Shown here in pieces: positions 13,350-24,594 of a stretch of DNA of 59,463 nucleotides. The DNA comes from Bigelowiella natans CCMP2755 (taxonomy: Eukaryota; Protista; Cercozoa), in NCBI GenBank assembly GCA_000320545.1, contig ADNK01002331.1, positions 1-59,463 on the forward strand. Reading direction: 5' to 3'. Within the stretch, counting starts at the first letter, position 1. Each line of letters opens with the position of its first letter. The notes under the pieces were generated by a model, which saw only the letters and a program-made list of their open reading frames with translations, did no database searches and was not told the origin of the DNA. The position numbers were made by a program, and so were the translations under genes.

Positions 13350-14243
13350 CAAGACATATACTACACATACACACACACCTTCGGGAAATAATTCCCCTTG
13401 GGAAGGCAAGACATATACTACACATACACACACACCTTCGGGAAATAATTCCCCTTCTTCCCAAGGTGCCATTTCTCCCTGCATTTAAGAAAGAGAGAAA
13501 GAAGAAAAAGAAAGAAAGGAGGTAAACAAGAGGAAGAAGATTCATTAATTGAAATAGCAATGAACTACAGAGAAGATACAACTACTACTTTCAACTAGTA
13601 TTATTTTCATAAGTTCTTTGCTGTCGCAAGGTATAATCATCATCATCATCATCATCGTTATCCTCAATCTCTTAATCACACTAGTAAGCCAATCAATCAG
13701 CAGCACCCGAGCCGTTAGAGCTGTAACCCCCCAAAACCACCTCCACCACCACCTTTTTCAACACGCGCCTTGTCTTTTTACCATTTGCCGAGGAGGTGTC
13801 CTTACGTGGGTGGGTGGGTGGGTCACATAGGAGGTGGGAAAACAAGTTGTTTTGAATATTCTCTTGCTGCTACTGTATGTATGCACACTCTTGGCCGTGT
13901 ACATACCCAATATGTAACATATCTACATCACACACATACACACACACACACACACCTCTGCTATCACGATCATCATCATTATTATCATCGACATATTTTG
14001 AGGAATTAGATCAAATTCCTCTAATATCAAGGATTCTAGAAAGCAGTATCAATTAATTCACATGGCATTCATCGGGAGAATTTGACAAAGACTTCAACTA
14101 AGATCACGATAATTAATAATGGCGATGATCATGCGATGAGAACCACAGTAGCCTGCTGCTTCCGCTTTTTTTTCTTGACTTTTTGCCTCTTGAACTAATA
14201 AAGCAGCAGCAATATTTACACACACACACACACACACACATAA

Positions 14244-14284
<41 letters not shown>

Positions 14285-15854
14285 AAAATGGAAGAGGAAG
14301 AAATACACTGATAGAGAATGTCCTACTATTATTACTCTATGAGAGAAATTAATCTATAATCACTACTACAAATTGAGAGCACACGAGATACTCTTCTCTT
14401 TCTTGATATCATCACCCACAATTTCTAATAGATGATAATACGATGATTCTAGGAATCCATTCTCCATTCTGTAGTAGTAGTAGTAGTAGTAGTAGTAGTA
14501 CATACATACATTTGACTTTTCCAATTCCTTCAAGAGATCTTCTTCTGACATCATCGTTTCAGTCTATCATTGAAATACAACATCACAATTTAGTGATGAC
14601 TGACTCATTTGATGAAGTGCTACTTCTGTCTTCTATCTACATCAATATAATTGAAAGTGAGTGTAAGTGTGAAATGTGTTTTGTGTTGTTAGAGCTGCCT
14701 CTTCATCATTGCAACCATTCGTTACCCACATGTGATCATCTAAATGAAAACGTCCGGTGCTTCTTTACAAAGCCCATGATCATCATGATCATCATCACCA
14801 TTCTCTTTACTAAACCGCACAGTCGTCGTCACGGAAGGTCATAATTGTCGTCGTCGTCTTCGTCTTCTTCTTCACCAGCATTATTTGGTGATTTCTAACG
14901 TTGCTCTAACTAGGTTGTTGTTGTTGTTGTTGCTGTTGTTTTAGTTGTTGTTGTTCCTGCTGCTGCTACTACTACAACTACTACTACTACTACTACTACT
15001 ACTTTTTGATCAATGCTTGTCTTTGTCTCTCCTCCTCTTCCTCCTCCGTTATCAGCCCGCACAAGTAATAATGATGTTGGTTGCTGTTGTCTTAACCATG
15101 GCATCGTTTTCGTCATCGTCGTATCAAAGGATGCACCTTGAAGAAGTGGAATGATATAACACGAGAATATCACTCTTCCTCGCCCTCATCGTATGACAGG
15201 GGTAGTGGTAAAGTAGTAGTAGTAGTTGTTGTTTTTGTTTTGGGTACAGCTAACTGAACAGCAACATCTTGCTCTCTCCTCCCTATGTACACTTTACGCG
15301 TGCTTGCTACCACCTTTACGTCGTCGCTGTCCAAGGTGACGTCGATCTAGTCCCTATCGTTTCAATAATGATGATGACTTGTGAGAAGATTAACATACCG
15401 AAGTCATTATTGATAGCGTCATCATGTATGCGCAGCGTAGTGCAATTTACAATAATCGTAAGAACAAAGTACACCAATTATGCTCTCCACTCATTACCGT
15501 GGAGTATATCATTTGCCTTAGCCCTGTTCTCGTTGTCTTCGGTGTGTTTATTGCTACTGCACGGGATCCAAGCTTATGCTGAATTTGATGATGGTATTGT
15601 GTATAAATGCGATGTACTTTTTACAGTATTGATCATGTCGCTTATTTACTCACCTTGTTAACCGTCATCATGGCAGCAATAGCAAATAGAGTAAGAGATA
15701 ATAGAGCCATGGGAATTATGCGAAGGAAGGTGGCCATTATTCTGTTTTTTAGAGGAATATTTCTTTCCAAAGCTCTTCGTCGTCTCCGACGGGCATCTTC
15801 TCGTTCGTCGGAATAGTAGTTGTAGCTGCTACCGTCGTAGTCACTTACGAGCAT
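11802..15854 (-). CDS. Conserved plastid-targeted membrane protein of unknown function (motif LYMGxRGFLFWxNK...GWIxFRFxGP; resembles, from memory, the Arabidopsis At4g28025 family)
   Basis: 3' exons 13478-13436, 13006-12978, 12442-12373, 12070-12020 and 11860-11802 splice in frame to GEMAPWEEGELFPEGFEEMDLGTKAVNLYMGKRGFLFWINKISLYVAGGVIVGWIVFRFIGPATGLYKLANGFDPSTFSDIAQ*. The 5' part is uncertain: a hydrophobic signal-like exon (MATFLRIIPMALLSLTLFAIAAMM, ~15654-15854) and a transit-like exon ending LLLVRADNGGG (~15003-15140). Confidence 0.75.
13349..13456. repeat. 57-bp-period tandem duplication (51-bp copies plus a 6-bp insert) spanning a minus-strand 5' splice site
   Basis: Identical copies at 13349-13399 and 13406-13456. 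The junction 13396-13405 (ccttgggaag) is the reverse complement of 13457-13466 (cttcccaagg). Confidence 0.93.
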
Positions 15855-16649
15855 GGCTGATGATTATCCATATACTTAGATTTCGAGAAACAATGTGATT
15901 AACGGTGCACAATCTCAGCAAGTAGTAGCTAAACATGCCACTCTTTCCAAATCAAACATAGTATTCGGGAATTGTCACGGCATGCAATATGTTCGAATGA
16001 AATATCGCAGATGAAAGTGATTCGTTGCTTGCTTTATAAGAAGATGGGAGGTGCTGAAAATCGACGAATATCATCTAAATATTTCATACCAAAGGAAAGA
16101 GCAGCAGCTGAAAAAAAAAGAGGGGGGGGGACCTGCTCTTCTGTTTGGTTTATAGTCGATTTTTAACGACAGTATGAAGAGCCTGTATTTGGATAGTACG
16201 ACAAGGCATTTTTACTACCGTACTATTACTATCAAGGAAAACAAGAAGAGGCAAGAATGCATCATTTGCAATTTGCCATGTTGTCATTATTCATTCATTA
16301 TTGCCTTCATTATTTATCGATCATCATCATTTTTTACCCGGCAAATAACCAAGACCAAGAATAGTTTGTTGCAGCAAGTCTAACTACCTACTACATGCAC
16401 AGAACAGATGGACTACATTTAGACGCAAACGACAGCTAATGTACTGCCATGTATGTGGGGACTTGATTTCAAGTTGTGATAAGACTTTATGTAACGCCGC
16501 TCTGAGTAGAATTAATTTTATATATGTAGTTACTGATTTGCGACAACACTTAAACGTTGTCGCATCTGTACAATGAAGACATGTACCGCAACTGCACTCC
16601 TAGTTACTACAATCGCCCCAAATATCCATCCCGGGCAGATCGGAGGGGT

Positions 16650-16651
<2 letters not shown>

Positions 16652-16715
<64 letters not shown>
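16652..16715. repeat. (AG)n microsatellite in the divergent promoter region upstream of the cyclase gene
   Basis: About 32 perfect dinucleotide units seen directly. Confidence 0.95.
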
Positions 16716-16720
<5 letters not shown>

Positions 16721-16920
16721 GAATAAGTGGGGGGGAACGAGTAGGTTCTTTGGGTTTTCAACCCTCTGAATTAATAGAGTCATAGCCTTCATAACTTAAA
16801 AAATCCTTTGTTTGTTACATATCAAGGAAACTACTTCGTCACGACAAAAAGGATTATCTCTTCAATCTACATTTTAATTGGTTGTTCCTTCTCCAGTTTT
16901 GAGAGGGAAGAGACCAAGAG

Positions 16921-17525
16921 ATGGGAAATCAGCTATCGGAGGAGAATAAGTCGAAAGCGACCACTCTTTTCCGATGCCTTGACCGTGGAAATAAGGGCTA
17001 TCTAGTTCTTGCGGATATGCAAGTAATGCGCTCTGTATCACACCGATTTGCTGAAAAGACGGATATCCAATTGATGAAGGCGGACAAGAACAAGGACAAC
17101 AAAGTCTCGCTCGATGAGCTGATAGCCTACTTCATAAAAAAGAACGTCGATTCTGACGAATTAAACCGTATGTGCGATCATCTCACTCGACGAATGTCTT
17201 CACGGCGAGTGCACAAGACCAAGTGCATGTTAATGATGCGCAGACTAAAACGCCGTGGCCGCGTCATGATTATGGCCATAAATGCATTCCGAGGATCGAT
17301 ATACCCATCTTCAGCCGATTCGTACGCAACATTCTTGCCTCAGATCTTTCTTCGAAGGCTAGCGAAAACAGACTTTCGATGCTTAAATAGGTCGATTTCT
17401 TTCCAAATTTTTTTGCTAGTTATTTATCTTTTTGAGATAAATTCCGATATTGAGGTGTAATACATGCTAGTACTCCGGTTATTGTTAGATTGGTGTTCTG
17501 ATTTCCAGCATGAACAGCTTCGAGT

Positions 17526-17563
<38 letters not shown>

Positions 17564-18226
17564 TGTCTACGTATACAACATACCGGAATTCCTCTCACAG
17601 TTGTTATCCCCCAGCGTATGTACGTTTATATTCCTGTAATAAAGAAACTTGACGATGATTCCTACTACCTCCTATTCACAGTCTTCCGATAAAATCGAGT
17701 TTCTTCGGAGTCTGTGCTTTCGTTGACGTTTCAGGCTTCACAGCTCTTACGGAATCCTTAGCAAAACATGGGCCAAAAGGAGTTGAGATGCTCTGCGCTA
17801 TTTTAGACAAATTCTTTGAGCATTTAGTAGGGGTAGTCGGCTCCTATGGAGGCGATATCATCAAGTAAATTCTAACCTTTCAAATGAATAAACAGTGGTA
17901 ACATAGCACTGTCTCAATAACACACGTATGAGTTATTTTTCATTTAATGTTTTCTCTCTCCTCCTTTCTCCGTGGTCCTCCTAATTGTAATTGAAGGTTT
18001 GCTGGCGACGCACTTTTAATTTTATGGAAAGAAGAGCGCAATGGTGCAAGCGCAGATGCGGGAAAGAAAAAAATAACTGCAGCAGGGAGCAAATTCGCAA
18101 CAATAAAAAATCCTGTTGAGGTAGGTTCGTCATCATTCTTTAACTCCAATCTACTGATCCTTTTTACTCCTACCGAAAAAAAAGTATGATGATAAGAATG
18201 ATGCTCCTATAGCAGCCATCCAAGCA

Positions 18227-18258
<32 letters not shown>

Positions 18259-18672
18259 GGTCGATCATCATTTTGTGGGTAGATAATATTATTTTTACCA
18301 TAGGTTGTGGAGAAAAAGAATAGTAGCTCGAAAAATGGAGACGATAGTGGTAAGGACAACGGGAACGATGTTAAAGCACAACTCGCATTGGCTGCCACTG
18401 CATGTTGTATGGAGTTACAGAGGGAACTTTCTGATTACAAGGCAACAGAAGACGTTACCCTCAATATTCATGTCGGTGTTGGAGCTGGAGAGGTAGTGTA
18501 GTAGTAGTAGTAGTAGTAGTAGTAGAAGAAAAAGAAGAAGAAGAAGAAAAAGGAAATGAAGAAGCAAGTAGCAAGTAGCAGGAGGAGGAGAATGAGGAGG
18601 AACAACGAAGAAGGGGAGTAGTTTAAGGATTTGCTCCTAATTGCAATAAGAATATCGTATTTGTTTATTCAC

Positions 18673-18710
<38 letters not shown>

Positions 18711-19125
18711 TTGAGAAGAGAGAGGGAGAAAGTCCCTCAACATTGTTGTATTAGTCTTCATCTCTCACCATCATCATCATCTATCGTTAATGATCTGTTA
18801 TTCTAATTATAGCTCACAGAAATGATACTGGGACAACAAAACTCGGCAGAGTACATCATCACTGGCCAGCCAATAAAGGTAGTAAGTTGTAGCAGTAACA
18901 TACAGTAATCAATGTTAATACCACTATTTCCATTTTTTGCTTGCATACCATAATTTGCTGCTGATGATGGTGGTGCTGCTAATACTACTACTAGGATATG
19001 GGAGATTCGGAAGGACTTTCTCACTCGAAAGAAGTTGTAATCTCCCCTCTCGTATGGGACTTAATCGGAAGACATCACCTAGCAAAGAAGCAGCGGGATG
19101 TCATGAAATTGTACAGGGTGGGAGA

Positions 19126-19160
<35 letters not shown>

Positions 19161-20059
19161 ACAGTAGTACTATTAGCAGTAGTTGTAGCGATGCAGCAAC
19201 CAGAAGAAAACGTACAAAGATAATGATAATAGTCAAGGCTATTATATTATCGAGAAGAGTATGAGGCAAAATTGAGCCACAAAAGAATATTATTGCAAAC
19301 GGAAGAATATGCATTATTCATATCACCATTCCTTAACCATTTACTTTTCAACATGCACACACACGCACATATCATTGTGGGGGAAATCAATGGTGGAACA
19401 TAGCCAAAACCAAGTAGTGTAAATTCCGAATGTAGCCCTAATGGAGGGTTATTACAAATTGATTATTCATTCTTTCACCACCACCACCACTACTCATATG
19501 AATACATTAGGCTTGCCATGTGGACAGTGAGGACAAAAAAAAAGCCAAATTCGTAACTCTTCGCGATTTCTCTAAAGAACTTTGGGAAGAAAAAGAGAAG
19601 TTGGTGAAAAAAACAGTTAGGAAGACTGAACTTACGGCATACGATATCACTCGATTTAAGAGTTTGATTCCATTGCCTATCTATAACACCCTCCGGTAAC
19701 AAATAGTAGTAGTAGTAGTAGTAGTAGTAGTAATAAATAGGAAGAAAGTATCTCTCATATAATAGTAGTAGAGCAGAAGTAGTACCAGCTTACCCATATA
19801 CTACGCATTCTCTAACTAGTTCATATTTCGTGTTGGAGATGTGAAAATAACAACGAATAAAAGTAAATTCATTTTCGAATGAATGACCGTTGCATTCATG
19901 ATGTTGCTGTTCATGTTGTATTATGTATGTCGTCCACGTCAGTACCCATCCATCCATTCATCCATTCATATATTCATTCATCGATCGTACCCTTCCTCCT
20001 TCAATATTTCATGTTCTAGCTCCGGGAAGAATAGCTTCCAATCTAGTATGCGGCAGGTA

Positions 20060-20095
<36 letters not shown>

Positions 20096-20448
20096 AAGTT
20101 ACCTGATTGCTTGCAAGTGTCAGTTAGTTATAGCGGCAAGTAGAAGCAACGTCGTCGTCGTCGTCATCATCGTTATCGTGCCTGCTATTCGACAACGAAA
20201 ATATAATGACAATTATGGCATAACAACCCATCGAATGCATCATCATCATCATCAACAGCAGCAGCAGCAGCTGCAGCTGCTTGTTTTGTGGTCGGTCGGG
20301 GGGTCGTAATAATGGAATATTCTATGAGTAGTACTTTTCACCCTACTATATATTTTATATTCGTTAATATATTACTCCTAAATAATTTTCTGTTTTTCTC
20401 CCTTAGTCCAATATCTTTTCACCACATACACGTATAACACAAGCATAT

Positions 20449-20481
<33 letters not shown>

Positions 20482-21171
20482 TAGGTTTCCGTGTTGTTTG
20501 TCAATGTAATCGGGCTACCACTTACCAGCGAACGTGCTTCTAGCAATTTTACGGTACATCAAGCACAGATTATGATGGTCATGCTACAGAAGATCATTCG
20601 AGACTTCAGAGGCATCGTCAACAAGCTTATGGTAGTAGTAGTAGTAGTAGTAGTAGTAATAGTAATAGTAATGTGTGAGATAATGATGATAATATTAAAC
20701 AGCAAGCACATGGTCATCATTATCATGAACAACTATTGTCATCTTCTTCGTCAATAACAACACCACCTCCATCATAATCATACTCACATTACCATCATCG
20801 TTATAATTATTGTAATCATCGAATTAGGTCGACGATAAAGGCGTAGTACTATTAGCGATGTTTGGGTTGCCGCCGTATAGTCCTGAGCACAGCGCTTTGA
20901 GAGCATGCCTAGCATCACTCATGATTCAAACACAGATGGAAAGTGCAAGAGAAAGGTAGTAGAACAACTACTAGTTGTAGACTGATGATGATATAGTGGA
21001 TTTCGATGTGGCGGAGGAGGAGGAGGAGGAGAGGAGGAGGAGGAGGAGGAGGAGGAGGAGGAGGAGCTGTATATAGAGCAACTCGTAGAGAAGGGTGATA
21101 AGGGAAAAGGAAGATAAAGAGAGCAGCATCAACTAATGAAATTAAGATTCCAATTCATACGCAAAATCATT

Positions 21172-21206
<35 letters not shown>

Positions 21207-21416
21207 AAGAATGATGGTGGTACTAAGATAAATACTTCGTTTGAGCCTTAGAGTTAATAAAGAACATTTGGTGTCAGTATGCTTCTGCAATGTGCTATGG
21301 GAATTACGTACGAAAACGTATTCTGCGGGGTTGTCGGAAGTACTCAAAGGAGGGAATACACGGTGCATAAGTAGTAGTAGTAGTAGTAGTAGTAGTAGAA
21401 ATCGCTGTCCATATTA

Positions 21417-21485
<69 letters not shown>

Positions 21486-21955
21486 TATTAATAATATTAA
21501 TAATACCACTGATGTAACATATAAATGCAACGAGAATCTTACTAACGCTGCCAACAACAACCCACGAAGGTGATGGGAGATGCGGTCAACCTAGCAGCAC
21601 GCTTGATGGGAGTCGGGTGCAAACGCATAGGTGATAATGACGACGACATTATGTCTGAAGTGTTGGTATTATCATCATCATCATCATCATCATCATCGTC
21701 ATTATCATCATAGCCTGAGTAACAATGCAGGTGTTGATTCATCATTTGATGTTGTTGCTCAGGTGATGCTGGCGGTATCGTGATGTGCAATGATATGGTA
21801 GTAGTAGTAGTAGTAGTAGTAGGTGTTCTTTATCGTAGCAAGAAAACAAATAATTAGAACAACTATATTTTCTCAATACTGTTTATGTTAACATGTATTT
21901 CATGCATAATGCCAAGGCTTGTCCATTGTACGAAGAAATAATGATATTCACTCAA

Positions 21956-21994
<39 letters not shown>

Positions 21995-22074
21995 GTTGTA
22001 AAAATCATCGCATTTGCTATATGCTTTAGCATGTCGATGTCTCTGACGTATTATTATTAATTTTACTATATATA

Positions 22075-22109
<35 letters not shown>

Positions 22110-23832
22110 AATATTATGATCTATCATACTAGGTCAAAAAAGAAGTTGCAAAAATTCTCATAACGAAATCGCTCCCTCCGGTCAAGTTAAAAGGCAAGAA
22201 AAATCCAACACAGGTAACAATCCGGCTAATTTCCTTATTGCTTTTAGTCCAATGAGTTGGGTTATCAATAAATATGGAGAAAAGAACGTGCTTAGACTGC
22301 ATTATTCTTAATTCGTACTACTTGCTCATCATCATCATCATCACAGGTATTTCAGATACTAGGTATTCAGTCGAAGAAGACGATGATGAGATTAGGTACT
22401 AAGAAGTAGTAGTTGTAGCACTTCACGTGTTCTTTATCACCATAGGCCATTACATAAGATTTGATGACCACCAACACTTAGGCAGTATTCGTTCACAAAT
22501 TAAATGACTGCCCAGGCTTAGCACCTAACATTGAGGATATGAATAATAAATAATAGGAACTCAGGGCAAAGAGTTGGTCGCTTTATCTACTTCCAGCATT
22601 GCAAAGATGCGACAGAAAGAACATAACAGTATAAGAGCAGCCTTTGACCATATCCTTCGTAGTCCGAGCAATGAGAAAAGTGGTGGTAAAACTACTCACT
22701 GTCTGATAGTACTCCAAGGTGTTATGGGTTGCGGTAAGACGGCACTATTACCTCAAATCATAGCAATTTGTGAGGAAAAGGGGCTATCTGTCTTGTCAAA
22801 CACGGAAGTCGTAATTGTAAAAGGCATAGGGAAATCGCAAGCAGGTGCTGTTTTGAGTGTTCTATTGATACTAGCTTGCTGTTTGTGGAAACAGTTCATT
22901 ATGACCACCGTTAATTCGTATTGTAGGAGGGTGATGAATGAGGGTATTTTATGTGTGTTGTTATGATGATTGATACACTGTGTGCTGATATTGATGACAA
23001 TGATATTATAGCATCGTTGAAGCGAACAGCTAACAACAAACCTTTCTCTGGGTGGCTCCGTATCTTCACCGAAATCCACGAACACCATACTACGCGTACC
23101 CTTAGACATGTAAGTGATAAATATGACAAACATATCACATTGAGACAGAAGTAGAAGATTGCTGGTCACGTGTATGTGTGTATACGTGTGCATATATGAT
23201 GATGAAATGAAGGAACAAGTTCAGTAGTACTCGACTGATTCTGAACTGTCTGTGTGTTATGAAGAGAGGAAGAGAAATATAGGAAGCATCACAACTACTA
23301 CCCCCACTTCCTCGTCGTTTTCCTCCTCCTTCTATATCATCATCTTCTCCTTTGTAGGTATCAAAAAGTAGAAGTAAAAAGGATGCAATCAAGATTAAAG
23401 ACGCCTTGAAAGACTTGCTGGAATGGAGAGGGAATGTGCAATCCGATTTCGACTTACTAAGTGACTTGTTTGAAGCTAAAGCAGAAGTGGTAATGATGAT
23501 AAGATATGCTACTTTTGCTCCTCCCTCTGCAATAACAAACAATGGTTGTATTCAATACTTGTCGTCAACCAGTCAATCAATCACACATTTACATATTACT
23601 TTCATCGTTACCAGGAACGTGAGGAGCGAGCCAAGGATAACGAATTAAAATCTCCTCACGAAAAATCTCCAACGCGCATGACAGTGGAGTTCCTCATGGA
23701 TATTTTTGGCAAAGCTGACGATAAGCTACTTGCAGAGACATCAACGGAGAAACTCAAAAGGATTAATCAAACGATCAAGTGAGTCAGTCCGTCAGTATGA
23801 TGGATTCTTATGTTGTACAGGAGATACACACC

Positions 23833-23879
<47 letters not shown>

Positions 23880-24333
23880 GAAGATGAGAATGAGAAAAGG
23901 CAAAAAGGGATGCAGAAATAGGATAATTTTGAATTCATTACATTAAAAACACTAACCATCATCATCATCATCATAAACTTTCCATCAGAGGACGTGTGAC
24001 GAATTTGATCCTGCCCAATTCGAGCGATAATGAGAAGAAAAAGGCGGAGGGTCTCAAAGAGCGGGTCACCAATGCTTTCTTGGAAGTGCTCGCCGGTGTG
24101 AGTGATTATTTTGAGAAAAGTCTTGGCAAGCCTCTGATTCTACTCATGGAGGATTGGCATAAATTTGACCGTAACTCTAAAGAGCTCCTTGCAACTGTCT
24201 GCAAAAGTAGTAATCATAATAACACTAGGTTTCAGTTTGGGATAGATAATAATATAACAATCGTTTTGTTCCGAGAAAATTATATGAAATATAGACTATT
24301 GCTTTTTGTATTTGAGATGGTTCTCTTTTTTGT

Positions 24334-24367
<34 letters not shown>

Positions 24368-24556
24368 CTATATCAATTACCCAACGATGTGTCAATACCA
24401 TTAGCATGATCATCACCACCATCACTACCATCACTACCATTACTATCGTAACCATCAATATAAGGTATCCGAAATTGCTACGTTTTCGTAACTACAAGAC
24501 CCACAATACCCGATGTTCGCGCAGAGCTTGAGGCAGGACGACTACATAAAATCAAT

Positions 24557-24594
<38 letters not shown>

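Noticed and set aside
22820-22850. Possible GC-AG intron in the cyclase gene (AAAG|GCATAG)
   Set aside because: A canonical GT donor in the same phase (GCAG|GTGCTG) lies just downstream.
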